A DNA stretch of 63,873 nt, the filler included. It is 4 parts of 4 records of this genome, joined end to end, with 100 filler letters (N's around TTAATTAATTAA, not from the genome) between each part and the next. Parts side by side here need not be neighbours in the genome. Positions count along the whole stretch, not along the records: positions 1 to 16,553 come from SRR2962707_3425; 3 more parts are not named here. The stretch is one strand, 5' to 3'. Under the pieces are notes generated by a model, which worked only from the letters and a program-made list of their open reading frames with translations, had not been told where the DNA came from and searched no databases. The position numbers were made by a program, and so were the translations under genes. Each line of letters starts with the position of its first letter. Within the stretch, counting starts at the first letter, position 1. Below, one piece after another: positions 1 to 10,617 of this stretch.

Positions 1-1782
1 CGGGTTGCCCCATTCGGGCCATTCGGGCGGCGTCAGGGGCAGTGTGTCGTCGAGCATGGTGTTGAGCACGTCCACGAACGGCACCTGGGCGATGATCCCG
101 CCCCAGAGGTCGGGCCTCAAATTGGCAATGGCGCCCATCAGCATGCCGCCGGCCGAGCCGCCTTGCGCGATGATCCGGCCCTTCTGCGTGTAGCCGGCCT
201 CGATCAGCATCTCGGCGGCAGCAATGAAGTCGGTAAAGGTGTTGGTCTTGTGCTCGCGCCGGCCCTGCTTGTACCAGCGATAGCCCTTGTCCATGCCGCC
301 GCGAATATGGGCGATGGCATAGACGAAGCCCCGATCGACCAGCGAGAGAACAGAAACCGAAAAACTGGCGGGCATCGACATGCCATAAGAGCCATAGCCA
401 TAGAGCAGGGTGGGATTGGACCCATCGAGCTTTGTGCCCTTGCGACAAAGCAGGGTCACCGGCACCTGTTCGCCGTCACCGGCCGTTGCGAACAAGCGTT
501 TGGTCTCATAATCGGCAGGATCGTGGCCCGAGGGTACTTCCTGGGTCTTTAGCAGGGTACGTGCGCCGGTTTCGAGATCGACATCGAATACCTGGCTGGG
601 CGTGGTCGGCGACGAATAGGTCAGCCGGAACACACTGGTGTCGAACTCGTAGCCGGTCGACATGCCCAGTGCATATGCCTCTTCCTCAAAACCAACAATC
701 TCCTCCTTGCCCGTGCGCAGGTCGCGCGCGACGATGCGCGGCAGGCCGTCCTCGCGTTCGAGGCGGAGCAAATGGTTGGACAGCACCGCGATATCGAGGA
801 TCAGCACGCCCTCGCGATGCGGGACGAGATCGGTCCAGTTCTCGGCGGCGGGGGCGTCGGCCGGGGCGGTGACGATCTTGTAGTCTTCAGCCCCGTCCGC
901 ATTGGTACGCACATAGAGCAGGCCGCCACGCTCTTCGATCTCATATTCCCGATCCGTCACGCGCGGCGCGACCAGGCGTGGCTCGCCACCTTGTTTGGCA
1001 TCGATCAGCCAGACTTCGCTGGTCTGGTGGTCATGCGCGTCGATGACGATGAACTTGTCCGAAAGCGTCTTGCCCACGCCGACAAAGAAGCCGGGATCCT
1101 TTTCTTCATAGACGATGGGGTCCTCGGCCTGCGCCGCGCCCAGCCTGTGGTGGCGCACGCGGAACGGGCGATGATTGTCGTCATATTCGGTATAGTAGAA
1201 GGACCGGCCATCGGCGGACCACACGCTATTGCCCGCTGTGTCCTTGATGGTTTCGATGTCCTTGCCACTGGCAAGCTCGCGCACCACGATATCGAAGTAT
1301 TCCGAACCGGCCCGATCGGCAGCCCAGGTCATGTAGCTGTGGGACGGGTCATGTCCGGCGCCGGCAAAGCCGAAATAACCGTCTCCTGCCTCTACATTGC
1401 AGTCCAGCAGTACGGTTTCTTCGCCGCCTTCGCGCGGCGTGCGGACGATCAGGGGGTACTGCTTTCCCTCCAGCATCCGCGTATTGTAGGCCCACGCGCC
1501 ATCGGGCGAGGGAACGCCGCTGTCATCTTCTTTGATGCGACCGCGAATCTCCTTGTAGATACTGTCCTGCAGGTCTGCAGTCGGTTGGCCGAACTCGGTC
1601 TCGTAGTAGTCGTTCTCGGCCTCGAGATAGGCGCGGATGTCCTTGTCGAGCGTTTCGGGCTTCTGCATCACCTCCTGCCAGTTCCCGGCGCGCAGCCACG
1701 CATAGGGGTCATCGCGGGTGATGGTATGATGCGTGTGCGAATGAGGAATGCGCCTGGCAATTGGCGGGGTGGCCTTGGTCAT
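1..1782 (-). CDS. ptrB: Oligopeptidase B (S9A prolyl oligopeptidase family), 3'-truncated by window edge
   Basis: Not in the ORF track because it has no stop in the window. The minus strand from ATG 1782 reads MTKATPPIARRIPHSHTHHTITRDDPYAWLR...YLEAEN. It has the catalytic GGSAGG near 145-162 and ends at EWGNP. A GGAGA RBS lies upstream. Confidence 0.93.
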   Translation of the reverse strand, partial: MTKATPPIARRIPHSHTHHTITRDDPYAWLRAGNWQEVMQKPETLDKDIRAYLEAENDYYETEFGQPTADLQDSIYKEIRGRIKEDDSGVPSPDGAWAYNTRMLEGKQYPLIVRTPREGGEETVLLDCNVEAGDGYFGFAGAGHDPSHSYMTWAADRAGSEYFDIVVRELASGKDIETIKDTAGNSVWSADGRSFYYTEYDDNHRPFRVRHHRLGAAQAEDPIVYEEKDPGFFVGVGKTLSDKFIVIDAHDHQTSEVWLIDAKQGGEPRLVAPRVTDREYEIEERGGLLYVRTNADGAEDYKIVTAPADAPAAENWTDLVPHREGVLILDIAVLSNHLLRLEREDGLPRIVARDLRTGKEEIVGFEEEAYALGMSTGYEFDTSVFRLTYSSPTTPSQVFDVDLETGARTLLKTQEVPSGHDPADYETKRLFATAGDGEQVPVTLLCRKGTKLDGSNPTLLYGYGSYGMSMPASFSVSVLSLVDRGFVYAIAHIRGGMDKGYRWYKQGRREHKTNTFTDFIAAAEMLIEAGYTQKGRIIAQGGSAGGMLMGAIANLRPDLWGGIIAQVPFVDVLNTMLDDTLPLTPPEWPEWGNP

Positions 1783-1971
1783 GGTGTCTCCGGACGAGTG
1801 GGCGGCGGGCTGCCACAAGAACTTGCCACAGGACATAGGCCGCCCGCCCCGGCTTTGCCACCCCCGCATGAGATCGAAAACTGTTGGCCCTTTGGTCGCA
1901 CCCTGACCGATTCCGCTTGTTCCACGGGCCCCAATCAGTAAGGTCGCAAACCAATTCCATCGGAATCGCGC

Positions 1972-4416
1972 TTGGGCGAGAAAGGAGTGGCAGCATTGGG
2001 GTCGTCATTTGAGGCAGGCATAGGTCTTGCTGCCGTTGCACCCTTCGTGGCTGCCATTCTGGCACCGTATATCCAGCGTTTCGCGGGCGCATATGCCGGA
2101 TGGATTCTGGCGATCATTCCGGCCAGCATTTTCCTTTATCTGCTTGGCTTCGCCGATGCTGTCATCCACGGCGAAACGGTTTCCAGCGTCATTGAATGGA
2201 TCCCGGCCTACGGCATCAACCTCTCCTTTCTGGTCGATGGTCTCAGCCTGATCTTCGCGCTGACAATTTCGGGCGTTGGCACGCTGATCATTCTCTATTC
2301 CGGGGCCTATCTTGCCGGGCATCACCACCAGGGCCGGTTCCTGGGCTATATGCTGGCCTTCATGGGCGCCATGCTCGGGCTGGTCCTGGCCGACAGCTTG
2401 CTGGCCCTGTTCCTGTTCTGGGAATTGACCTCGGTCACCTCCTTCCTGCTGATCGGCTTTGACCATTCACGCCAGGCGGCTCGCCGTGGCGCCATCCAGG
2501 CGCTGGTGCTCACCAATATTGGCGGCATGTTCCTCCTGGCCGGCGCCATCCTGGTCTATCAGCTCGCCGGGACCTGGGAGATGAGCGCGGTGCGCGAAAT
2601 GGGCGAGGTGCTGCGCGGCAACGAGCTTTATCTTCCGGTGCTGATCTGCTTCCTCGGCGCCGCCTTCACCAAATCGGCGCAGTTCCCGCTGCATTTCTGG
2701 TTGCCCAACGCCATGGAGGCCCCGACCCCGGTTTCGGCCTTTCTGCATTCGGCCACCATGGTGCAGGCCGGCGTCTATCTGCTGGCGCGCATGACGCCCT
2801 CGCTCGGGGGCACGGATGTCTGGACCAATACGCTGGTTATCTTTGGCGGCGTTACGCTGATCTGGGGTTCGCTGGGCGCGCTCAAGCAGACCGATCTCAA
2901 GCAGATCCTGGCGCAATCCACCATCGCCTCGCTCGGCCTCCTCGTCCTGCTGATCGGGTTGGGCAGTGACTATGCAATTTCTGCCATGGTGGTCTATTTC
3001 GTGGCGCACGCCTTCTACAAGGCGGGCCTCTTCATGGTGGCTGGCGCCATCGACCATGAGGCCGGAACCCGGGAAATCACCGCGCTGGGCGGACTGGCCG
3101 AAAAGATGCCGGTTACCTTTATCGGCGCGGCGCTGGCGTCGCTTTCCATGGTCGGCCTGCCGCTGACCATTGGCTATTTTGCCAAGGAAGAAATGTATCT
3201 GGGACTGATGAGCGGTGAATGGACTGCCATCCTGGTGATGATCGTCCTGATCGCCGGCAATGCCATGCTGGCTGGTGTGGCGCTGCTGGTGATGATCCGG
3301 CCTTTCCTCGGCGAGGCCGTTGCGACACCCAAAAAACCGCACGAGGCCCCAATCGCCATGCTCGCCGGCCCCATTCTGCTCGGTGCCGGTGGCATTATTG
3401 CCGGTATCCTGCCCGACTGGCTTGGCCATGACGTGCTGGTGCCCGGAGCTTCGGCTATTCTGGACCGTGCGGTCGAGAGCCATCTGACGCTGGCGCTGGA
3501 CTTCACCAGCCTGTTGCTCTGGCTGTCCGCATTGACCTGGCTATTGGGCGTTTTGGTCTATCGCCAGGCGGACACCATTCGCACGCTGCTGCGCCGTTTC
3601 GACAAGGCCCTTGGCTGGACGGCCGACACGGTTTTCGACATCGTCATGTTCAGCCTGATCCGCTTTTCGGGGGCGTTGACCCGCTTCCTGCATCACGGGC
3701 AGCTTGAATTTTACCTGGTGATCGTCTTTGCCGCGCTGGCCGCTGCCCTGTTCGGACCCATGCTGGTCTGGGGTGGGCTCGATTGGCTGGAGCCGACTGC
3801 CGAGTTGGGCGATTGGAGCCAGCGCCTGGTTCTTCCGGCCCTGGCGCCTTATGAATGGGGTGTGCTGGCGCTGGCTGTGCTTGGGCTCATCGCCGTGTTG
3901 ATTGCCCAGTCGCGTCTGGTGGCGATACTCTCGCTTGGCGTGCAGGGCACCGCAGTCGCCTTGATCTTCCTGCTCTTTGGCGCGCCGGACCTGGCCTTTA
4001 CCCAGCTTATGGTGGAAATTCTATCGGTGGTCATCCTGACCTTCGTGATGACGCGCCTGCGGCTCGATCAGCGCGATCACCGGCCCTTCGAGGATTGGGC
4101 GCGCGACGGCACACTTGCGATCGTTTGCGGACTTGGCGTCAGCCTGCTCCTGATGCTGGTGCTTAACGGGACGCTCGACACACGCCTGTCCGATTTCTTC
4201 ACCGCGACCAGCGTGCCGATCGCCCATGGGCACAACATCGTCAACGTGATCCTGGTTGACTACCGCGGCTTCGATACACTGGGTGAAATTGCCGTGGTCA
4301 TGGGCGCGGGCATGGCGGTGCTGGCCCTGTTGCGGCGCCAGAAGAAGCCGGCATCGGCACCATCGGAGCCGGCCAAGCCCAAGCGGACCCGCAAACCCAG
4401 GAAGGCCGCATCATGA
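1972..4416 (+). CDS. mrpA: Mrp Na+/H+ antiporter subunit A
   Basis: NuoL/MrpA motifs [45 protein letters not shown] and the C-terminal [15 protein letters not shown]. The true start may be TTG 1996, after AGGAG. Confidence 0.95.
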   Translation: MGEKGVAALGSSFEAGIGLAAVAPFVAAILAPYIQRFAGAYAGWILAIIPASIFLYLLGFADAVIHGETVSSVIEWIPAYGINLSFLVDGLSLIFALTISGVGTLIILYSGAYLAGHHHQGRFLGYMLAFMGAMLGLVLADSLLALFLFWELTSVTSFLLIGFDHSRQAARRGAIQALVLTNIGGMFLLAGAILVYQLAGTWEMSAVREMGEVLRGNELYLPVLICFLGAAFTKSAQFPLHFWLPNAMEAPTPVSAFLHSATMVQAGVYLLARMTPSLGGTDVWTNTLVIFGGVTLIWGSLGALKQTDLKQILAQSTIASLGLLVLLIGLGSDYAISAMVVYFVAHAFYKAGLFMVAGAIDHEAGTREITALGGLAEKMPVTFIGAALASLSMVGLPLTIGYFAKEEMYLGLMSGEWTAILVMIVLIAGNAMLAGVALLVMIRPFLGEAVATPKKPHEAPIAMLAGPILLGAGGIIAGILPDWLGHDVLVPGASAILDRAVESHLTLALDFTSLLLWLSALTWLLGVLVYRQADTIRTLLRRFDKALGWTADTVFDIVMFSLIRFSGALTRFLHHGQLEFYLVIVFAALAAALFGPMLVWGGLDWLEPTAELGDWSQRLVLPALAPYEWGVLALAVLGLIAVLIAQSRLVAILSLGVQGTAVALIFLLFGAPDLAFTQLMVEILSVVILTFVMTRLRLDQRDHRPFEDWARDGTLAIVCGLGVSLLLMLVLNGTLDTRLSDFFTATSVPIAHGHNIVNVILVDYRGFDTLGEIAVVMGAGMAVLALLRRQKKPASAPSEPAKPKRTRKPRKAAS

Positions 4417-4838
4417 ACACGGTCATCTTCCGCACCCTGGCTCCCTTGATCGTTGCGATCATGCTTGTCTTCTCGGTCTATGTGACGCTGCGCGGACACA
4501 ATGAACCGGGCGGCGGCTTCATCGGCGGTCTGATCGCGGCTGCGTCTATCGCCGTGTTCGGCATGGCCGCCGGTGTTAGTGCAGTGCGCCGGTCCCTGCG
4601 CTTCGACCCCATGGCGATTGCCGGTTTCGGTGTGGTGCTGGCCGGCCTTTCCGGCCTGGCGAGCCTGCTGACCGGCTCGCCATTCATGACCAGCATCTGG
4701 CTCTATCTGGAGTTCGGGCCGAGCATCATCCCGCTCTCGACCCCGCTATTCTTCGATCTGGGCGTCTATTGCGTCGTGTTCGGTACCCTGTCTGCCATTG
4801 CCCTGTCGCTTGAAAGCGACCGCGAAGAGGATCTGTGA
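4413..4838 (+). CDS. mrpB: Mrp antiporter subunit B
   Basis: [15 protein letters not shown] and FFDLGVY motifs; ATGA overlap with mrpA. Confidence 0.93.
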   Translation: MNTVIFRTLAPLIVAIMLVFSVYVTLRGHNEPGGGFIGGLIAAASIAVFGMAAGVSAVRRSLRFDPMAIAGFGVVLAGLSGLASLLTGSPFMTSIWLYLEFGPSIIPLSTPLFFDLGVYCVVFGTLSAIALSLESDREEDL

Positions 4839-4839
4839 G

Positions 4840-5217
4840 ATGGAGTATATCCTCGCCGCCCTTGTGGGCCTGTTCATTGCTATCGGGACCTATCTGCTGC
4901 TCTCGCGTTCGGTGATCCGCATGCTGATTGGCCTGACCATCTTCAGCAATGGCGTGCTCCTGCTGATCTTTACGGCTGGCCGCCTGACCCAGGAAGTTGC
5001 CCCGATCGTGCCTGAGGGGCTTGAGGTGCCCGAAGGCGCAATCGCCAACCCGCTGCCACAGGCGCTGATCCTGACCGCCATCGTGATCGGCTTTTCAATG
5101 TTTGCCTTCCTGCTCGTGCTGGCGTTTCGCGCCTATCAGAGCCTGGATGCCGACAATACCGACACCATGCGCCTGGCCGAGCCCGACAATGCGCCCAACC
5201 CGCCGCTGAGCTACTGA
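4840..5217 (+). CDS. mrpC: Mrp antiporter subunit C
   Basis: NPLPQALILTAIVIGF motif; ATG 4840 is in frame with ORF 4798..5217. Confidence 0.93.
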   Translation: MEYILAALVGLFIAIGTYLLLSRSVIRMLIGLTIFSNGVLLLIFTAGRLTQEVAPIVPEGLEVPEGAIANPLPQALILTAIVIGFSMFAFLLVLAFRAYQSLDADNTDTMRLAEPDNAPNPPLSY

Positions 5218-5221
5218 CCCC

Positions 5222-6829
5222 ATGGCCACTTCCACTCCGACAACAGACCTGCCCCAGGCCATGATCGAGACGGTAATCCCGGCCTCCGACTGGGTCATTG
5301 TTCTGCCCATCGCCCTCGCCCTGATGGGGGCCGCCGGGCTGATGATGTTCCGCCGCAGCAATGGCACGCCGCTGATCGGCGCCTTGATAGTGGTTCTCGC
5401 CATTATTGCCTGCGAGATCGCGCTCTTGTTCGAAGTATTGGCCAATGGCCCGGTCAGCATGACCATGGGGCGTTGGCTGCCACCCTTCGGCATCAGCCTG
5501 ACGGCCGACATTTTCGGCGCCAGCTTTGCCTTGGCGGCTGCCGTGGTGACGCTGATCGTGCTGTTCTATGCAGAACTGGACCGGGCCGATGCGGACGGGC
5601 GCGATGCCTTCCATCCCATGGTCCTGCTGCTCTTGGCCGGCGTCACTGGCGCATTCCTCACCGGGGATTTGTTCAATCTCTATGTGTGGTTCGAGGTCAT
5701 GCTGATCGCCTCGTTCGGGCTGATCGTGCAGGGTAACCGGCCGCTGCAGCTCGATGGTGCGGTCAAATACGGCTTCCTCAATTTCCTGGCGACGACATTC
5801 TTCCTGATGTCTCTCGGCCTGCTCTATGGTCTGCTTGGCACGCTCAACATGGCGGACATCATGCGGGTTGCAAGCTCGGCAAATCCGGCGGCCATGGCCG
5901 GGGTGGCCGCACTCTTGCTGCTGGCCTTCGGCATGAAGGCGGCAGCTTTCCCGGTCAATGCCTGGCTGCCGGCCTCCTATCACACTCCGCCAGCCGCCAT
6001 ATCGGCCCTGTTTGCGGGCCTGCTGACCAAGGTTGGCGCCTATGCCATGCTCCGCTCGCTCGTGGTAGTGCTGCCGGCCAGCCGGGATATGCTTGAGCCG
6101 GTGTTGGCATGCATAGCAATCGGGACGCTGCTGATCGCGCCGCTTGGAGCCATCGCCGAAACCAATCTGCGCCGCGCCATCGGCTTTGTTGTAATCGGCG
6201 GTATCGGGGCGGTGATCGCTGGGCTGTCCATGCCCAGCCTGAACGGCGTGGCCGGGTCGGGCCTTTATATCTTCCATGCCATTCTGACCATGACCGCGCT
6301 CTATATGGTCGCCGGTCTTGTCGAGAAGACCACCGGGCAAACCGACACCAGGCACATGGGGGGTCTCTATGCCGCCAATGCGCCGCTCTCCATACTGTTC
6401 ATCTTGCTGGTCCTGGCCTCTGCCGGCGTGCCGCCATTCCTTGGTTTCTGGCCCAAGCTGCTGCTGCTCGAAGCCGGCCTCGACCAAGGCGTGACTGGCG
6501 CCGCGCCCGGTTGGCTTGGTACGGCTATGGTCTTGGCATTATTGATAAATGCCGTCCTGACACTCATCGCCGGCACACGCCTATGGGCCCACGTCTTCTG
6601 GCGCTCAGGGCCGGAAGGGCAGGGGTCCGAACACGGTTCGGTCGCGCTCGAACCCTTCGATAAGCGCGGCCACCTGGCCCTCGGCGCAACAACTCTTCTT
6701 GTCGCCGGAATCGTGGTCGCCGGGCTCTGGCCGGGGCCGTTGATGGAAGGTGTCAGCGCGGGCGCTGCCGATATCCTTGATCCGGCGCGCTATGTTGAGG
6801 CCGCCGGCCTGGCAGGAGACGAGCTATGA
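5222..6829 (+). CDS. mrpD: Mrp antiporter subunit D
   Basis: FLTGDLFNLYVWFEVML, WLPASYHTPP and LLTKVGAY motifs. Confidence 0.94.
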   Translation: MATSTPTTDLPQAMIETVIPASDWVIVLPIALALMGAAGLMMFRRSNGTPLIGALIVVLAIIACEIALLFEVLANGPVSMTMGRWLPPFGISLTADIFGASFALAAAVVTLIVLFYAELDRADADGRDAFHPMVLLLLAGVTGAFLTGDLFNLYVWFEVMLIASFGLIVQGNRPLQLDGAVKYGFLNFLATTFFLMSLGLLYGLLGTLNMADIMRVASSANPAAMAGVAALLLLAFGMKAAAFPVNAWLPASYHTPPAAISALFAGLLTKVGAYAMLRSLVVVLPASRDMLEPVLACIAIGTLLIAPLGAIAETNLRRAIGFVVIGGIGAVIAGLSMPSLNGVAGSGLYIFHAILTMTALYMVAGLVEKTTGQTDTRHMGGLYAANAPLSILFILLVLASAGVPPFLGFWPKLLLLEAGLDQGVTGAAPGWLGTAMVLALLINAVLTLIAGTRLWAHVFWRSGPEGQGSEHGSVALEPFDKRGHLALGATTLLVAGIVVAGLWPGPLMEGVSAGAADILDPARYVEAAGLAGDEL

Positions 6830-7305
6830 ACACAGTCTTTCTGGTTGTCGTCCTCGCACTGGTCTGGGCTGGTATTTCGGGAAGCTTTTCCGGCCTTAAT
6901 CTGCTGCTGGGCGGTGTTGTCGGCGGCGTGGCTGTCCTGGTGCTGCGCGAGGCCTTCGCCAGTCCCCGGGCCCTGCGGCGCATTCGACGCATCATCTCCC
7001 TTGCCGCGCTGTTCCTCTACGAACTGGTCGTCAGTGCCGTGCGCGTGGCCATCGTGGTTGTGCGCCCCGACCTGTCCAATGCGGTCCGCCCCGCCATCAT
7101 TGCGGTGCCACTTACAGTAAAATCTGACGCAGAAATCACGCTTCTGGCGAACATGATCACGCTGACTCCGGGCACGCTCAGTGTTGACGTGGCGGCCGAC
7201 AAGTCGGTGCTCTATGTGCACGCCCTGAATATGGCCGACAAGGAGGCGATGATCGCCGACATTGCTAATGGCTTTGAGAAGAAGATCCACGAGGTGTTCG
7301 AATGA
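6826..7305 (+). CDS. mrpE: Mrp antiporter subunit E
   Basis: LANMITLTPGTLSVDV motif; operon position. Confidence 0.93.
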   Translation: MNTVFLVVVLALVWAGISGSFSGLNLLLGGVVGGVAVLVLREAFASPRALRRIRRIISLAALFLYELVVSAVRVAIVVVRPDLSNAVRPAIIAVPLTVKSDAEITLLANMITLTPGTLSVDVAADKSVLYVHALNMADKEAMIADIANGFEKKIHEVFE

Positions 7306-7610
7306 CCGCGACACTCTTTATCGAGTGGGCGACATTGATTTCGCTCGTCCTGCTGGCCGTCGCGCTGTTGGTCTCGCTGGTGCGTATCGTGATTGGGCCA
7401 TCCCTGTCCGATCGTGTGCTGGCGCTTGACCTGCTGGCCGTTGTCGCCATGGGCTTCGTCGGCGCCATTGCCGTCAGAACCGGGCTTTGGCTTTACCTCG
7501 ATATTGCGATCGCACTGGCTCTGCTGGGCTTTCTCGCCACAGTGGCCCTGGCGCGCTACGTCCTACTGCGCGGCGCCCGGCAAAATCCGGCGCAAGGGGA
7601 GCGGCGCTGA
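7302..7610 (+). CDS. mrpF: Mrp antiporter subunit F
   Basis: GPSLSDRVLALD and LGFLATVALARY motifs. Confidence 0.92.
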   Translation: MTATLFIEWATLISLVLLAVALLVSLVRIVIGPSLSDRVLALDLLAVVAMGFVGAIAVRTGLWLYLDIAIALALLGFLATVALARYVLLRGARQNPAQGERR

Positions 7611-7948
7611 TGCTTGAGGGAATTGAACTTTATCTCGGTGGCACGCTGCTTGTACTGGGCGCAGCATTCACCCTGCTTGCCACAATAGGGGTCGTGCGCT
7701 TGCCGGACCTTTATACTCGTATGCATGCAGCGTCCAAGGCGGGTGCTGTCGGTGGTGGACTGATTCTTCTTGCCGTGGCCGTGTTGAGCCAAGATGCAGC
7801 GGTATCGGTGCGTGCTATTATTGGGGTCATGTTTGTCTTGCTGACTACACCTGTTTCGGCCCATCTATTGGCGCGTGCGAGTTATCTTACTGGATATCGT
7901 CCATGTAATGATACTGTTATCGATGACATAGCCCAAAGCAACGAATAA
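7610..7948 (+). CDS. mrpG: Mrp antiporter subunit G
   Basis: RLPDLYTRMHAASK and LTTPVSAHLLARA motifs; TGATG coupling to mrpF. Confidence 0.92.
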   Translation: MLEGIELYLGGTLLVLGAAFTLLATIGVVRLPDLYTRMHAASKAGAVGGGLILLAVAVLSQDAAVSVRAIIGVMFVLLTTPVSAHLLARASYLTGYRPCNDTVIDDIAQSNE

Positions 7949-8092
7949 TATTCGTTGCCACAATCCCGTTCCATATTACATGTTAAGCGTGTCTCTCGGG
8001 GGTTGCGTGTGCTAGTAAACGATCATATTAGATCAGTAAGGCTAGTAACTGCCCTTGTTGCGGCCCAATAAAAAAATATGGAAGGTTGAAAG

Positions 8093-8515
8093 ATGAACGA
8101 CGATACCGGCGCGTTCGCTGCAGTTGAGTCCGACCTGATTGAGCTCAGCACAGAAATTGTTTCGGCTTATGTCAGCCACAACGCGGTCAGCCCCGGCGAT
8201 CTGCCCAAGTTGATTGCAGAGGTTCACGGTGCCTTGCGCGCCCTGCAGGCCAACGAGAATCCGGCACCGGTTGAAGAACTCAAGCCCGCTGTGCCGATCC
8301 GCAAGTCCGTAGCCAATGACTTCATCATCTGTCTCGAGGATGGCAAGAAGTTCAAATCGCTCAAGCGCCACTTGCGCACGCACTACAATCTGTCTCCGGA
8401 AGAATACCGCGAGAAGTGGGGCCTGCCTGCTGACTACCCGATGGTGGCGCCCAGCTATTCGGCGACGCGCTCCAAGCTGGCCAAGGACAATGGCCTGGGC
8501 CGCAAGGCCGACTGA
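8093..8515 (+). CDS. mucR: Ros/MucR family zinc-finger transcriptional regulator
   Basis: IVSAYVSHN, CLEDGKKFKSLKRHLRTHY and YREKWGLPADYPMVAPSY signature motifs. Confidence 0.96.
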   Translation: MNDDTGAFAAVESDLIELSTEIVSAYVSHNAVSPGDLPKLIAEVHGALRALQANENPAPVEELKPAVPIRKSVANDFIICLEDGKKFKSLKRHLRTHYNLSPEEYREKWGLPADYPMVAPSYSATRSKLAKDNGLGRKAD

Positions 8516-8544
8516 TCCAGCACGCAGATCGACGCTGAATTGCT

Positions 8545-8575
8545 ATGGCCGCCCCTGAGGCGGCCATTTGCTTTT
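8545..8575 (+). terminator. Intrinsic terminator after mucR
   Basis: ATGGCCGCC-cctga-GGCGGCCAT hairpin followed by ttgctttt. Confidence 0.7.
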
Positions 8576-8675
8576 GCAGCACCCCTGTAGATTGTGAGTA
8601 CCAACTTATCCCCGGATGGGTGGTTTTGGTTAGTAAATAGGAATATCATCCTATTTCGGACGGAGCACCTTTCCC

Positions 8676-9035
8676 ATGGAACAATTGCACCACGAACATT
8701 CGGCACCTTTTCTCGCGGTCCGGCACACCCAAAGCGCTGTGCGTCACGCGGCAAATCTTGTTGCCCATCATGCAAGTGTCGACATCTCCATGATCTTTCA
8801 CACCAGTCGGTGCGGCATCACGGCAGCCCGAGCGCGCCAGCTGGCCATGTATCTGGCCCATGTCGTCCTCGGCGAAAGCCTCACAGACATTGGACTCGCA
8901 TTTGGTCGGGATAGGACAACGGTCTCGTATGCGTGCAATCTGATCGAGGACATGCGGGACGACGTCGCGTTCGACCGCGAAGTCACCGATCTCGAAATGC
9001 GGTTGCAGACCTTGGCGGGTCTGACTCATGAGTGA
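8676..9035 (+). CDS. DnaA C-terminal-like HTH protein (GafY-like GTA activator component)
   Basis: ARARQLAMYLAH...SLTDIGLAFGRDRTTVSYAC resembles DnaA domain IV. It sits between mucR and sufE and is coupled to a DUF6456 gene. Confidence 0.8.
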   Translation: MEQLHHEHSAPFLAVRHTQSAVRHAANLVAHHASVDISMIFHTSRCGITAARARQLAMYLAHVVLGESLTDIGLAFGRDRTTVSYACNLIEDMRDDVAFDREVTDLEMRLQTLAGLTHE

Positions 9036-9513
9036 ATTGCCCGAAGCCGTGACGCGCCTCTTGGGATCGGGTGGGCAAGAGGGATATTTGGCCGCACACC
9101 ACACTGAGGCAGCGCGATTGATCGCCAGGACGTTTGAACAAGCCATGCTGCGTCAGCGCGTGACCATGTCTTACGACCTAGTTGGCATTGGCCGGGAAGG
9201 AAATGGGCATGGGCAGGCCGAGTTGTCTGAAACTGTCGAAGATGCTCGGCAAAGGCTGGCGCGTCTGGCCCACCGCATTCCGTTGGACTGCTGGGGCGTG
9301 CTGACCGACATCTGCGTCTATGACAAAGGCCTGCAGCAGATCGAAACGGAACGCCGCTGGCCCCGGCGGAGTGCCAAACTGGTCTTGCGGATCGGTCTTG
9401 AGCAACTGGCCAGTTTGATGGGGCTGGACGCAGTGGCCAGGGGGCGGGAACGGTCTGGAGTGACGTCATGGTTGCCCGAACGCCCCGCCATGTTTCCTGA
9501 GCCCGAAAATTAA
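9028..9513 (+). CDS. DUF6456 protein (GafZ-like / GafA C-terminal sigma-like domain)
   Basis: RVTMSY...DICVYDKGLQQIETERRWPRRSAKLVLRIGLEQLA is the DUF6456 pattern; 8-nt overlap with the upstream HTH gene. Confidence 0.8.
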   Translation: MSELPEAVTRLLGSGGQEGYLAAHHTEAARLIARTFEQAMLRQRVTMSYDLVGIGREGNGHGQAELSETVEDARQRLARLAHRIPLDCWGVLTDICVYDKGLQQIETERRWPRRSAKLVLRIGLEQLASLMGLDAVARGRERSGVTSWLPERPAMFPEPEN

Positions 9514-9588
9514 CGATGTAATCTTTGGTAATGTTTGGGCGTGGCGCCGACGTGATATTGACTGCCATCTCCGTGGGGGCACAGTCCC

Positions 9589-10617
9589 GTGAACACCAAG
9601 ATCCTGTCCATTCAATCACTGCGCGCGCTAGCGGCCATTCTGGTGCTTGCTTCGCATGCCTTGCTCTATCCGCTCGCCGAGCAGACCTTGGCCTATGGCC
9701 GTCTGGGATGGCTGGGCGTCATCCTGTTCTTCGTCGTCTCCGGCTTCATCATGGTCGCTGTCACGGGGCAGGGAGGCTTTGAGGCCGGGGCGTTTCTGCG
9801 CCGCCGCCTGCTGCGTGTGGTGCCGCTATACTGGGGCTTCACGCTCCTTGCCGCTTTTCTCGCCTTGGTCTTGCCTGACCTGTTCAAATCCACCGTCTTC
9901 GACGGGCAGCAATTGCTGCTCTCGCTGGCCTTCATCCCCTTTTACAATCCAGCCAGTCATGGTCTGCATCCGCTTTACAAGCTTGGCTGGACGCTCAATT
10001 ACGAGATGTTCTTCTATGTCAGCTTTGCCCTGCTGGCCGTGCTGCGCGCGCGCCAGCGGGTGATGGTGTTGACGATGGCGTATCTGACGCTGTCGCTGAC
10101 CGGACTGCTGCTGCATCCCGAGAGTCCGATACCGGCTTTCTACACCAGCTATATGCCGCTCGCCTTCGTGGCCGGTGCCTGGCTTGGGCTTGCTCATATC
10201 GAGGGGCGGCTGCTCAATATGCCACGGTCAATGATTGTACCGCTGTTGGCCATTGCCTTGGCAGGTCTGATGGAAGGGTTCTGGCTCGATCGCGGGGTGG
10301 TCGAGGATGAATCCGCGTTTCTCGGGTTCCTGGCCTTTGCTGTCGCCGTTACCGCGCTGTTTGTCGGCGTGGAAGCGCGCCTGCCGCGCATGCAATGGCT
10401 CGAACGGTTGGGGGATGCGTCTTACTCGATCTATCTGGTGCACATATTTGCCGTGGGCGCCTTTGCCGGCTTTGTTCTCAAACTGCTGCAGCCCGGTGAC
10501 ACGCTTGTCGTTGCTGGTGCAGTGATGTTGGCCATTCTTGGCGGCCTGGCGCTGGGCTGGGCCTGCTATGCGATGATCGAGAAGCCGCTGATGGCGCGCT
10601 TGCGGCGCTTCACCTAG
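9589..10617 (+). CDS. Acyltransferase-3 (OafA/ExoZ-like) membrane O-acyltransferase
   Basis: IQSLRALAAILV..H, GVILFFVVSGFIM, RRLLRVVPLYW, GWTLNYEMFFY and LGDASYSIYLVH motifs. Confidence 0.9.
   Translation: MNTKILSIQSLRALAAILVLASHALLYPLAEQTLAYGRLGWLGVILFFVVSGFIMVAVTGQGGFEAGAFLRRRLLRVVPLYWGFTLLAAFLALVLPDLFKSTVFDGQQLLLSLAFIPFYNPASHGLHPLYKLGWTLNYEMFFYVSFALLAVLRARQRVMVLTMAYLTLSLTGLLLHPESPIPAFYTSYMPLAFVAGAWLGLAHIEGRLLNMPRSMIVPLLAIALAGLMEGFWLDRGVVEDESAFLGFLAFAVAVTALFVGVEARLPRMQWLERLGDASYSIYLVHIFAVGAFAGFVLKLLQPGDTLVVAGAVMLAILGGLALGWACYAMIEKPLMARLRRFT

Noticed and set aside
772-1941. 389-aa plus-strand ORF (and other ORFs in 1-1800)
   Set aside because: Antisense shadow of oligopeptidase B, which carries the recognisable motifs on the minus strand.
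4970-6487. 505-aa minus-strand ORF
   Set aside because: Shadow of mrpC/mrpD in GC-rich DNA; no motifs.
8676-9035. Replication initiator dnaA or an origin
   Set aside because: Only the C-terminal HTH-like part is present; no AAA+ domain.
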